Part shown: positions 50,266 through 59,380 of the stretch, piece after piece
Position numbering within the stretch: position 1 is the stretch's first letter
Layout: the number at the start of each line of letters is the position of its first letter
NCBI GenBank assembly: GCA_945860865.1
Contig: CAMARW010000005.1
Span: 4,364-68,363, forward strand
Reading direction: 5' to 3'
DNA length: 64,000 nt
From: Chitinophaga pinensis
GTDB taxonomy: Bacteria; Bacteroidota; Bacteroidia; UKL13-3
Notes under the pieces: generated by a model
What the model was told of the DNA's origin: nothing
Databases searched by the model: none
Seen by the model: the letters and a program-made list of their open reading frames with translations, nothing else
Position numbers and translations under genes: made by a program

Positions 50266-50997
50266 ATGAAACAATCATTTTATCTCATTGCCTTTACCCT
50301 TGTTCTTTTTGCTGCTTGTAAAAAAGATAATCCAACTCCAGTTGATAATAATAACAACGGAGGTGGGCAGTTACTTTGTAAGTACGATACGGTTTATTCA
50401 TCGCAACCAGGAACTGTAATTTATGCGTATGATGATAAAGATAGAATTGCGAAAATTACCCGCATACTAGATGGGAAAGAAACAATAAGTAGCTTTGCCT
50501 ACACAGCAAATAAGGTTGTTATGCAAAGTGATGATCAAACAAATCAGTATTTTCTAAATAAAAATGGTTTTGCAGATACTGTTTTAATGGATTTTAAAAG
50601 TTTCGGAAATATTCAAGTTTACTATACCTATAACAGCCAAAATCAAATTGTAAAACAAATACAGGAAATGGAAATAGGAGGGAATGAGCTGTATTTAGAA
50701 ATAGAAAATACTTATTTAAACGGAAATATTAGTTCGAGTAAAATACTATTTGATGGCGATGAATCTATTAGGGTTAATGAATATCACCTTGATAAACAAA
50801 ATAGCCTGAAGGATATGGATTACAAAATTCAATTTATTCCTTCTAATCAAAATTTGATGAAAGCCAGTTATTTGGATGGTAATTTAACCCAAAGTTTTAT
50901 ATACCAATTCGATAGTCAAAATAGAATAAAATCATTTAAAATTATCGATTCGGAAGGTAAAGAGCAAATAAATTCTATTGTTTGGAAATGTAAATAG
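50266..50997 (+). CDS. hypothetical lipoprotein
   Basis: Start at MKQSFYLIAFTLVLFAACKK, a lipobox. The track ORF starts at 50242. Confidence 0.55.
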   Translation: MKQSFYLIAFTLVLFAACKKDNPTPVDNNNNGGGQLLCKYDTVYSSQPGTVIYAYDDKDRIAKITRILDGKETISSFAYTANKVVMQSDDQTNQYFLNKNGFADTVLMDFKSFGNIQVYYTYNSQNQIVKQIQEMEIGGNELYLEIENTYLNGNISSSKILFDGDESIRVNEYHLDKQNSLKDMDYKIQFIPSNQNLMKASYLDGNLTQSFIYQFDSQNRIKSFKIIDSEGKEQINSIVWKCK

Positions 50998-51090
50998 AAA
51001 TTTATTAAATGATAGCTTGTCTTGAGTTTATCATACTGCCGAAAAACTGGGTGCGTCCTATTTTATTGTACTCAAATTTGATAATATAAA

Positions 51091-51127
51091 AAAAGCCTTC
51101 TCTGAGTGGAGAAGGCTTTACGTTTTT
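51091..51127. terminator. bidirectional intrinsic terminator between convergent genes
   Basis: AAAA-GCCTTCTC-TGAGTG-GAGAAGGC-TTTACGTTTTT. An 8-bp stem flanked by an A-tract and a T-tract. Confidence 0.6.
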
Positions 51128-51294
51128 ACAAACGATTTTATGAGTTAATGAATGTGTTAAATGAATTGTATCAATTTTACACACGCAATTAAATAAAATT
51201 TATAAATATAAACAATGTTGTACATTAATTATTTTTATGTTTAAAAGGACATGGGTTTACCAAACTGTATAAATAAAAGCCATAAATAGTTTAT

Positions 51295-52230
51295 TTAAGC
51301 TGGTGCTTTTTCTGTTTCTGATGTTCCCCAAGCGGCTAATTCGCTCTCACTCCAAAGTTCTGGGAAGTAGATGCGTCTTTGAAAAGCTGGATGCAAATAC
51401 TTTTCCCAATGACTGCCACCAGTAGCTGTTTTGGTTTCACCTTTAGATTTTAAATAGGTTCTAGCTGTTTCCAAATGCACCATTGGCCAATCTATATTAT
51501 ATTTTCTATCAAATGCACGTAAGGCTTCTACCAAAGCAGTTTTGCCTGCCTCATCCAATTTAGGCAGCATGCTTTTGTATCGCTGGTTAAGGTTTAACGT
51601 TTGCATTTGTTCGGCAGTTTGAACAAATAATGGCATATATTTTTGTTCAAAATCGGTGAGCGTTTTATTTTTCTTGTTGGTTTCTCTATTAAAACCAGCT
51701 TCTTGCCAATACAACAAACCAAATTTATCTTGCAAGCTAGTTTCTGGCTTCACATGATTTCTTAAATAGGCCGGAATTAATAAATCTACATCTGTGCACA
51801 TTAATTCGATGAACCTAAATTGTGCCGACTGAAAACCACTTGCTGGTGATAAACTCAACCTGAATTTATTATAATCCTCATAGCTCATGCCTTGGTTCAT
51901 AATGCTAAAAGAACTGCTGAGTAAATCGGTATAACGTACCATTCTATATAATTTCTCAACAAACAAATTAGGTTCTATTTCGCTTAAGCACAATTGGTCT
52001 AATTCATGTCTAATAAGCTTTAAAACCAATTCTGTAATTTGGTGGTAAACAATAAAAATGGTTTCGTCTTTAAAATCTGTTCTTGGATTTTGTAAGGTAA
52101 GCAAGGTGTCTACCATCACATATTCCCAATAGTTTATAGCTCTATTGTGTTTTAATCCCCTTAAATAGTTCTCTGGGTCCTGACCGTTTGCTATTAACTT
52201 ATCTTTTATTTCTTGTAAAATATCTTCCAT
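51295..52230 (-). CDS. tryptophan 2,3-dioxygenase family protein
   Basis: 311 aa. A TDO-like helical heme enzyme with a YWEYVMVDTLLTLQ block that resembles the TDO Y..YL.LD.LL..Q region. Confidence 0.65.
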   Translation of the reverse strand: MEDILQEIKDKLIANGQDPENYLRGLKHNRAINYWEYVMVDTLLTLQNPRTDFKDETIFIVYHQITELVLKLIRHELDQLCLSEIEPNLFVEKLYRMVRYTDLLSSSFSIMNQGMSYEDYNKFRLSLSPASGFQSAQFRFIELMCTDVDLLIPAYLRNHVKPETSLQDKFGLLYWQEAGFNRETNKKNKTLTDFEQKYMPLFVQTAEQMQTLNLNQRYKSMLPKLDEAGKTALVEALRAFDRKYNIDWPMVHLETARTYLKSKGETKTATGGSHWEKYLHPAFQRRIYFPELWSESELAAWGTSETEKAPA

Positions 52231-52319
52231 CTTCTTGTTTTTTGTGCATTAGTTTTGTGGCTCAAATATTCTACTTTATTTTCAATTGTTTGAACCTATT
52301 TATTATTTCGCATAAATTT

Positions 52320-52994
52320 TCATGGATTCTGGACTTTTGATTTATACTCATCATGCAGTCCGATGCTGGCGTATATTTGATCTTTGTGTTTTTCAATACG
52401 CGCCAGGCGGGTGCTACTTTGCTTAGCTTGCGCAAAGTGAATCAAATACGCCCTTTGGCGACCAGGAGTAAGCGCTTCAAAAGCATTTTTAAAAAGCGGT
52501 TCCTTGTCAAAGCATTGAATCAACTCTTCTGGTATTATTTCTTTGTGCGGGGTAGGTGTAAGTTTTTTGCCCGATTTTTCAATCTCAATAGCTTCTCGTA
52601 TATACAGCGATAAAATTTTACCCAAGGCCTCAATCTCTTCTATTTTTACAAATTTTATAATTCTGCCTAGTTGAATATTTCCCTGTTGTTGCAGGAGTTT
52701 ATGCTCGTCTTTAAGCAAAGCACCTTTAAAAAAACTGAGATTGGCCGAGTGTTTTAGTGCATTTAAACTTGCAATATTTTTTCCCTCATAAGTATAAACG
52801 GGCACGCCCCATTTTATTTCTTCTGTAAGGCCACATGCTAAAACAATTTGCCGCAGGGTTTCTAATAGCTCTTGCCAAGGAATAACTTTGCATTGCGGAG
52901 TAGCACCATATTTACAGCGCATGCAGCCGTCTACCATGTATTTGTCTACAAGCGGATTGAAAACTAATTGAGTCATATTATTTTGAATTGGCAA
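52320..52994 (-). CDS. YdeI/OmpD-associated family protein with a DUF1801 domain
   Basis: 224 aa. YdeI-like N-terminal region (CGLTEEIKWGVPVYTYEGKNI...FFKGALLKD). An alternative start at 52976 is possible. Confidence 0.65.
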   Translation of the reverse strand: MPIQNNMTQLVFNPLVDKYMVDGCMRCKYGATPQCKVIPWQELLETLRQIVLACGLTEEIKWGVPVYTYEGKNIASLNALKHSANLSFFKGALLKDEHKLLQQQGNIQLGRIIKFVKIEEIEALGKILSLYIREAIEIEKSGKKLTPTPHKEIIPEELIQCFDKEPLFKNAFEALTPGRQRAYLIHFAQAKQSSTRLARIEKHKDQIYASIGLHDEYKSKVQNP

Positions 52995-53232
52995 GTTAAA
53001 ACAAAGGTGTAATAAAGTAAATACTTGCCAAATATATTGAAATTATTTTAAGCTAAATTGGTTCAGCAAGATGCATTTTTAATAGCTTAAATTAAATAAA
53101 TTTTTATAAATTTATATGAGTATGTTCGCCTATAGTTTAATTATTTTTTTCTACCCAAATTCAGTTAAATATTTAAAATTTAAAACATCATCTTGTTCAA
53201 AACATTTAAAGTTTGTTTGGGTTATTTAGTGT

Positions 53233-53502
53233 ATGACAATTCAAGATTTGGACAGGGTAATAGAAATGGCTTGGGAAGATAGAACTCCTTTTGAAGCCAT
53301 ACTTATGCAGTTTGGCCTGCGCGAATCTCAAGTAATTGATTTGATGCGAAAAGAATTAAAACGCAGCAGTTTTAATAGGTGGCGCAAAAGAGTAAATAGC
53401 GGAGTTAGTCAGAAACATTTGCACAAACGCAGCGATGAAATAGACCGTTTTAAATGTAGTAGACAAAGAAATATTACGCATAATAAAATAAGTAAACGTT
53501 AA
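53233..53502 (+). CDS. small conserved protein associated with photolyase clusters (TIGR03643-like, possibly DUF2805; from memory)
   Basis: 89 aa, basic at the C-terminus. It sits immediately upstream of the photolyase genes. Confidence 0.45.
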   Translation: MTIQDLDRVIEMAWEDRTPFEAILMQFGLRESQVIDLMRKELKRSSFNRWRKRVNSGVSQKHLHKRSDEIDRFKCSRQRNITHNKISKR

Positions 53503-53505
53503 ATA

Positions 53506-54609
53506 ATGAACCACCGTTTTGAGCCCAATATAAACGCTGTTTTGGAGCGCGTAGATGCTATTGATCCTGTGGCTTATGCTAAAACTAGAAATTACTTAAA
53601 CGGGGCCGTAACGTATTTATCTCCTTACCTCTCGCGGGGCGTAATTAGCACCCAACAAGTATTGGAGCGTTTAGTAGCCAAAGGTCACTCAATTCATCAA
53701 ATGGAAGTTTTGGTAAAAGAGTTGGCATGGCGCGATTATTTTCAACGAGTTGGGCAGCACAAAGATTTGGGTTCCGACATTAAACAACGACAGGGAAAGC
53801 TCAATAATTATCAAATACCCATCGCCGTAGTTGCGGCTAAAACCGGCATAGAGGCCATTGATGCAGCCATTTTAGGTTTGTATCAAAATGGTTATATGCA
53901 CAACCACCTGCGCATGTATTTGGCTTCTGTTACTTGTAATGTGGCACAATCGCATTGGAAAATGCCCGCACAATGGCTTTACTACCACTTATTAGATGGC
54001 GATTTTGCAAGCAATATATGCAGTTGGCAATGGGTTGCTGGCGCCAATAGCAGCAAATTGTATTTTGCCAATCAAGAAAATATCAATACGTATACGCAAT
54101 CTAAACAACGCAATACTTTCTTAGATTGCTCTTACGAAGACCTTCCAGATTTAAATGTGCCAGCGGCGTTAATACCACTTCAAAACATAGATTACCAAAC
54201 GGTTTTGCCACCTACAGATGTGCTTCAAATAAATCCCAATTTGCCCACCTTGGTATATAATTATTATAACCTCGATCCTAATTGGCATGCCACAGAAAAC
54301 GCCAATCGAATTTTATTAATTGAGCCTAGTCTGTTTCAAAAATTTCCGGTTGCGCCCCATTGCATGGCGTTTATGCTACAACTAGCTTCCCAAATTGAAG
54401 GCGTGCAAATACATGTTGGTAGTTTTCAATCTTTGCTGAACCTATGCGGTGGCATTAATGTGTTTTTTAAAGAACATCCGCTTAATGTGGGTTATGTGGG
54501 TGTGGAAGAAAGCAGAGATTGGTTGGTGCCCAATGTAAGTGGATATTTACCCTCGTTTTTTGCCTATTGGAACAAAATTAGTAAGCCGCTTTACGCGCAA
54601 TATAAGTAG
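53506..54609 (+). CDS. NewPHL-like photolyase with inverted topology (N-terminal FAD-binding catalytic domain and C-terminal capping domain)
   Basis: 367 aa. Residues 1 to about 210 carry cryptochrome/photolyase FAD-domain blocks (LSPYLSRGVIS, ELAWRDYFQ, TGIEAIDAAILGLYQNGYMHNHLRMYLAS, LLDGDFASNICSWQWVAG). There is no N-terminal alpha/beta domain, and a C-terminal region of about 150 aa of different character follows. Confidence 0.6.
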   Translation: MNHRFEPNINAVLERVDAIDPVAYAKTRNYLNGAVTYLSPYLSRGVISTQQVLERLVAKGHSIHQMEVLVKELAWRDYFQRVGQHKDLGSDIKQRQGKLNNYQIPIAVVAAKTGIEAIDAAILGLYQNGYMHNHLRMYLASVTCNVAQSHWKMPAQWLYYHLLDGDFASNICSWQWVAGANSSKLYFANQENINTYTQSKQRNTFLDCSYEDLPDLNVPAALIPLQNIDYQTVLPPTDVLQINPNLPTLVYNYYNLDPNWHATENANRILLIEPSLFQKFPVAPHCMAFMLQLASQIEGVQIHVGSFQSLLNLCGGINVFFKEHPLNVGYVGVEESRDWLVPNVSGYLPSFFAYWNKISKPLYAQYK

Positions 54610-54612
54610 CCA

Positions 54613-56109
54613 ATGTTCAAAGAAGATATTGCAGTTGTTTGGTTTAAAAGAGACCTTCGGCTTTTAGACCATGAGCCGCTGTTTTTGGCCCAACAATCTA
54701 AATTGCCCGTTTTATTGCTCTACTGTTTTGAACCTAGCATTATGCAATACCCCGATAGCGATGTGCGCCATTGGCGGTTTGTTTACCAATCTTTGCAAGC
54801 CATGCAGCAAAATTTGCAGCCCTTTAATACCCAATTGTATGTTTTCCACCAAGAGGCTTATTGGGTTTTTCAGCAACTTCAGGAGCGTTATCAAATAAAG
54901 CAAGTGTTCTCTTACCAAGAGGTGGGCACGCAAATTACATACAACAGAGATCTAGCTTTGGCAGCATTTTTTGGTTCGAACCAAATACGCTGGAAAGAGT
55001 GCCGATTAAATGGGGTAGTGCGCAAGTTAAAAAACAGAAAAACTTGGCAACAACGTTGGGAAAAAACCATGCTTGCTCCCGTGTTTAAAGTCGCTATGTC
55101 GGACATGCCTTTTTTAAATTTGGACACAAATTGGTATGCGGCACGTGTAGGTTCAGACCTGCCCCAAGCAATTAAAGAGGGCAACCCCGTGTTTCAGGTG
55201 GGGGGCGAACCAATGGCTTGGCGGTATTTAAACAGCTTTTTAAATGAAAGGCATGTGAACTATTCTAAGCATATTTCTAAACCAGCTCTAAGCAGAACGG
55301 GTTGCAGCAGGATTTCGCCCTATCTTACTTATGGTAATTTGAGTATGCGATTGGTTTATCAGGCTACTATTAAACAATATGCAGGTTCTAAAAACAAACG
55401 CGCCCTTAGCAATTTTATGTCGCGCTTACACTGGCATTGCCATTTTATGCAGAAGTTTGAAGATGAAATGCGTATGGAGTTTGAACCGGTAAATAGGGCG
55501 TATGAAGCTTTAAACAAACCCAAGAATGAACAATTTATTGAGGCTTTTGAAAACGGACAAACAGGCATTCCTATTATAGATGCTAATATTCAATGTTTGG
55601 TTCAAACCGGATATATTAACTTTAGGATGCGGGCTATGTTGGTTTCGTTTTTTGTATATAACCTTTGGCAAGATTGGCGCGATTTACATTTCTTAGCGCG
55701 TAATTTTTTAGACTATGAGCCCGGCATTCATTACCCTCAAATACAAATGCAAGCAGGATTAACGGGTGTAAATACCATTAGAATGTATAACCCAATTAAA
55801 AATAGTTATAGTCATGATGAAGAAGGATTGTTCATTAAAAAATGGTTGCCCGTATTGGCTAATTTACCAACATCACTCATTCATGAGCCTTGGAAAATGA
55901 CACAAATGGATCAACGTTTTTATGGCGTACAAATTGGGAAAGATTATCCTGCGCCCATTATAGCAATGGAGGCGAGCAGAAAGGTTGCCAGTGATGTAAT
56001 GTATGGCTTCCGCAAGGGAGGATCATCATCTGACCATGAGTTAGCTAAAGCCGAAGGCAAGCGCATCCTAGCCAAGCACACCTCCGCCTCGCCCCGCAAG
56101 GGCGGATGA
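54613..56109 (+). CDS. deoxyribodipyrimidine photolyase / cryptochrome-DASH-type protein
   Basis: 498 aa. N-terminal [16 protein letters not shown] and a FAD-binding domain ([29 protein letters not shown]). It has an odd C-terminal tail of about 30 aa, discussed in the findings. Confidence 0.85.
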   Translation: MFKEDIAVVWFKRDLRLLDHEPLFLAQQSKLPVLLLYCFEPSIMQYPDSDVRHWRFVYQSLQAMQQNLQPFNTQLYVFHQEAYWVFQQLQERYQIKQVFSYQEVGTQITYNRDLALAAFFGSNQIRWKECRLNGVVRKLKNRKTWQQRWEKTMLAPVFKVAMSDMPFLNLDTNWYAARVGSDLPQAIKEGNPVFQVGGEPMAWRYLNSFLNERHVNYSKHISKPALSRTGCSRISPYLTYGNLSMRLVYQATIKQYAGSKNKRALSNFMSRLHWHCHFMQKFEDEMRMEFEPVNRAYEALNKPKNEQFIEAFENGQTGIPIIDANIQCLVQTGYINFRMRAMLVSFFVYNLWQDWRDLHFLARNFLDYEPGIHYPQIQMQAGLTGVNTIRMYNPIKNSYSHDEEGLFIKKWLPVLANLPTSLIHEPWKMTQMDQRFYGVQIGKDYPAPIIAMEASRKVASDVMYGFRKGGSSSDHELAKAEGKRILAKHTSASPRKGG

Positions 56110-56119
56110 TCATCCGCCC
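56100..56119. repeat. perfect 20-nt palindrome GGGCGGATGA/TCATCCGCCC that includes the photolyase stop codon
   Basis: Read directly from the sequence. It shares the stem GGGCGGA/TCCGCCC with the hairpins at 34685 and 34753. A degenerate direct copy lies 85 nt upstream at 56011-56035. Confidence 0.7.
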
Positions 56120-56137
56120 GAATTCGCAAACAAATAC

Positions 56138-56281
56138 ATGAAAAAACAAAACTTACCAATCAAAATCTGTTTAACCTGCAACAGGCCATATACGTGGCGC
56201 AAGAAATGGGAGAAGGTATGGGATAAGGTGAAATATTGTAGTAAAAAATGTAGTTCGAACCGAAATAAAATAAAAGCATGA
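56138..56281 (+). CDS. DUF2256 zinc-ribbon protein (not in the ORF track)
   Basis: 47 codons encoding MKKQNLPIKICLTCNRPYTWRKKWEKVWDKVKYCSKKCSSNRNKIKA. Cys pairs are CxxC...CxxxC and the WRKKW block is characteristic of DUF2256. The stop TGA overlaps the ATG of the next gene as ATGA. Confidence 0.75.
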   Translation: MKKQNLPIKICLTCNRPYTWRKKWEKVWDKVKYCSKKCSSNRNKIKA

Positions 56282-57753
56282 TAGGACTGGTATTTCCGAA
56301 TCAATTGTTTGAGCATAGTAAGCTCATTGATACTTGCAAAAAGATATATGTGATAGAAGAATATTTGTTCTTTAAACAATATGCTTTTCACAAGCAAAAG
56401 CTCGCTTTTCATAGGGCCAGTATGCAGTTTTATGTATCGTATTTATTGGCCCAAAACAAGGAAGTTGTTTATATAGATGCCCAGCATTTAGAGAGTGATA
56501 TTAGGCATTTTGTGGCGGCCCGCGCGCAAGAGCAGTGTAGCGAATTATGTTTAATAGATCCTACTGATAATTATTTAGCAAGACGCTTAAACAGCGCTGC
56601 CCAAAAACACCAAATAGCATTGGTTCAGCATGTTTCTCCTTTATTTATGAATACGCAGGAGGAGAACCAAGCTTTTTTTGCGGGCAAGAAGAGGATGTTT
56701 CAAACAGATTTTTACATGCAGCAGCGCAAAAAAGGCAAAATTTTGCTTGATGGCGTGGGCAAACCATTGGGCGGAAAATGGTCTTTTGACGAAGAAAATC
56801 GCCTAAAATACCCCAAAGATAAAACGCCGCCAACAACTCATTTTTTAGCGCCCAATGCTTTTTACCAAGAAGCCATAAAATACGTAAATACGCATTTTGC
56901 CAATAACCCAGGTTACCTGCAATTAAATACATTTTACCCTTGCACATTTGAAGAAAGCAAGCAATGGTTGCAAGATTTTTTGGTGCATAGATTTGCAGAA
57001 TTTGGTCCTTACGAAGATTCCCTCGTTTCCAAAGAATTGGTTTTAAATCATAGTTTAATCAGTCCGCTTTTAAATGCAGGTTTATTGTCGGTAGATAAAG
57101 TGATAGCCACAGCTGTAAAATTTGCAGAAGCGCACTCGGTACCGCTTAATTCATTGGAAGGATTTGTGCGCCAAATAATAGGGTGGAGGGAGTTTATTAG
57201 AGCCGTTTACGAGCAGGTTGGAACCATAGAACGAACCGAAAATTATTGGGGATTTACCCGAAAAATTCCTGCTTCCTTTTACACAGGCACCACTGGCATT
57301 GAACCCATAGATAACTCCATAAAAAAAGTGATAAAACATGGTTATGCGCACCACATAGAACGCTTAATGGTATTGGGTAACTTTATGTTGTTATGTGAGT
57401 TCGATCCAGATGAGGTATATAGGTGGTTTATGGAGATGTTTATAGATGCATATGATTGGGTAATGGTGCCCAATGTATATGGTATGAGTCAGTTTGCCGA
57501 TGGCGGCTTAATGGCTACAAAACCCTATATAAGCGGAAGCAATTACTTGATGAAAATGGGCGATTATAAAAAGGGAGAATGGCAACCTATTTGGGATGGA
57601 TTGTTTTGGCATTTTATGGATAAGCAAAGAGCCTTTTTTCTCCAAAATCCACGCCTCGGTATGCTAATTAGAACCTTTGATAAAATGGCTCCAGAGAAAC
57701 GCGTGCAGCACCTGCTTACGGCACAAAAATATTTGGATAGCTTAGCAGACTAA
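56278..57753 (+). CDS. cryptochrome/photolyase family protein of the FeS-BCP / (6-4) photolyase-like type
   Basis: 491 aa. The N-terminus (LVFPNQL...FHKQKLAFHRASMQFY) resembles the PhrB/CryB-type LILGDQL...HKQKLVLFLSAMRHF block. It is longer than the short photolyase neighbour. Confidence 0.75.
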   Translation: MIGLVFPNQLFEHSKLIDTCKKIYVIEEYLFFKQYAFHKQKLAFHRASMQFYVSYLLAQNKEVVYIDAQHLESDIRHFVAARAQEQCSELCLIDPTDNYLARRLNSAAQKHQIALVQHVSPLFMNTQEENQAFFAGKKRMFQTDFYMQQRKKGKILLDGVGKPLGGKWSFDEENRLKYPKDKTPPTTHFLAPNAFYQEAIKYVNTHFANNPGYLQLNTFYPCTFEESKQWLQDFLVHRFAEFGPYEDSLVSKELVLNHSLISPLLNAGLLSVDKVIATAVKFAEAHSVPLNSLEGFVRQIIGWREFIRAVYEQVGTIERTENYWGFTRKIPASFYTGTTGIEPIDNSIKKVIKHGYAHHIERLMVLGNFMLLCEFDPDEVYRWFMEMFIDAYDWVMVPNVYGMSQFADGGLMATKPYISGSNYLMKMGDYKKGEWQPIWDGLFWHFMDKQRAFFLQNPRLGMLIRTFDKMAPEKRVQHLLTAQKYLDSLAD

Positions 57754-58424
57754 AACCCTTTTTGAGGTTTTTGATACTTCTCTTTCAAAAGCGATTTACG
57801 CATGCCGCGTACTGATTCTAAAGGTGCTTTATCTATAAATAAATTAATAAGCCAAAGGGGAATAACCCCTCCAGGGTCTACTGCAATGATGTATTCGGCC
57901 TTACACAGTTTTGGATTTATTTGGGTTATGTGCCACTTAGCTTTCATAAATGGCACGCGAACAAAACCCTTTTTATGGGGTAAAAACTGAGCCTCACTAT
58001 TGGCGTATATAAAAAATTCTCCTACAGTTTTACTAGGTTCAACCCGCTGCCTAAAAGCGCCATCTCTATTCTCAAAGGGCCAGGGCACATACAATTCTTG
58101 GTAATAAATTTGTTCGAACCTATTTATTTTCTGCAATACATTCGATTGTTTACACCCAAATTGATAAGCCGCTTGCTCAGGTATATCTGTAATTAGCTGC
58201 ACCAATGTTTGTGCACTACACTCAAACTCGGCAATAGTCTTTAATTCTTTAATTGCCAATCCCGGGTAAGTGCGCACGTATACCTGGATTTGCTCTATGT
58301 TTTTTGATAGCTGCCAAGAGATTTGGGCCGTTGCCTGTTTTGATGAGAAAGGAAGAAATAACATTGCCATTAAGGAAAATTTTAGCCACCTCAAAATGTC
58401 AGTATTAAAGGATTTGTTTGTCAA
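57750..58424 (-). CDS. START/SRPBCC-like lipid-binding domain protein (secreted)
   Basis: 224 aa with a signal-peptide-like N-terminus. A START-like fold is inferred from sequence character only. Confidence 0.45.
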   Translation of the reverse strand: MTNKSFNTDILRWLKFSLMAMLFLPFSSKQATAQISWQLSKNIEQIQVYVRTYPGLAIKELKTIAEFECSAQTLVQLITDIPEQAAYQFGCKQSNVLQKINRFEQIYYQELYVPWPFENRDGAFRQRVEPSKTVGEFFIYANSEAQFLPHKKGFVRVPFMKAKWHITQINPKLCKAEYIIAVDPGGVIPLWLINLFIDKAPLESVRGMRKSLLKEKYQKPQKGF

Positions 58425-58666
58425 TATCTATTTAAATTAATACTGCAAATTAAGGTTATTACGAGGTTTTTTGTTTAGATTTAAAATGTTGGGCGCTATT
58501 TATTTTCATTTCCTGTAAATTAGAATTACAAATAAAAAAGGGTTGATTAGGTTAAATGATTTTCAATAAAATTTGTTTGGATATTTTCATTTAAACGCAA
58601 AAACGCTTGTCGCCAAAACCAAACAATACTTACTCGGTATTGTTGTTGTTATTGGAGTACTAACAA

Positions 58667-59380
58667 ATGGAAAAAACATTTTTGAGAGCAGATTGGGAAC
58701 ACCTAGTTATGGCAAATTACCGGGTAGATCCCAGTATGCTAGAGCCTTATTTACCGCATGGTGTGGAGCTAGATTATTTTAATGGCTCAGCCTATGTAAG
58801 TTTGGTTGGATTTATGTTTAAAAAAACAAGTTTATTCCATATTCCTATTCCGTTTTTTGGGTCTTTTGAAGAGATAAACCTTAGGTTTTATGTAAAGAGA
58901 ATAGACGGCAAAAAAATTAAAAAAGGAGTGGTCTTTATCAATGAAACAGTTCCCTTTAAAATAGTAGCCATTTTAGCAAACATCCTTTACAAAGAGCACT
59001 ATATATCTATCCCAACCCGCCATTCAATTGATTTGTCAGAAAATGTTAACATAAAATATGAATGGAAAATCAATCATAAATGGAATGCTATCTCATTTTT
59101 ATGTGCCACCGAAAAACATAAAATAGAACAAAACTCCATAGAGGAATTTATTTTTGAACGTTATTTTGGATTCACAAAACTAGACAAAAATAACTCGCAA
59201 GAATTTAGGATTAACCACCCCAAATGGCTAACTCAAAAAATAATAAAATGTGATATCAACTGCGATTTTACAGCCATGTACGGATCATCTTTTGCCGGCC
59301 TGAACCAACAAAAACCAGATTCAATCCTTTTTGCAAATGGATCATCTGTATCTGTAAATTGGAAACGGAATAAATTTTAA
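58667..59380 (+). CDS. DUF2071 (YqjF-like) domain protein
   Basis: 237 aa. N-terminal DWEHLVMANYRVDPSMLEPYLP is characteristic of DUF2071. Confidence 0.7.
   Translation: MEKTFLRADWEHLVMANYRVDPSMLEPYLPHGVELDYFNGSAYVSLVGFMFKKTSLFHIPIPFFGSFEEINLRFYVKRIDGKKIKKGVVFINETVPFKIVAILANILYKEHYISIPTRHSIDLSENVNIKYEWKINHKWNAISFLCATEKHKIEQNSIEEFIFERYFGFTKLDKNNSQEFRINHPKWLTQKIIKCDINCDFTAMYGSSFAGLNQQKPDSILFANGSSVSVNWKRNKF

Noticed and set aside
54965-54985. tRNA-like GGTTCGAACC strings (also at about 56250 and 58123)
   Set aside because: They lie inside coding sequence and no cloverleaf (acceptor, D and anticodon arms) can be built. No tRNA genes are apparent in the window.
56110-56412. 100-aa minus-strand ORF between the photolyase genes
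   Set aside because: It overlaps the far more convincing plus-strand DUF2256 ORF and the FeS-BCP start. Its translation is low-complexity.
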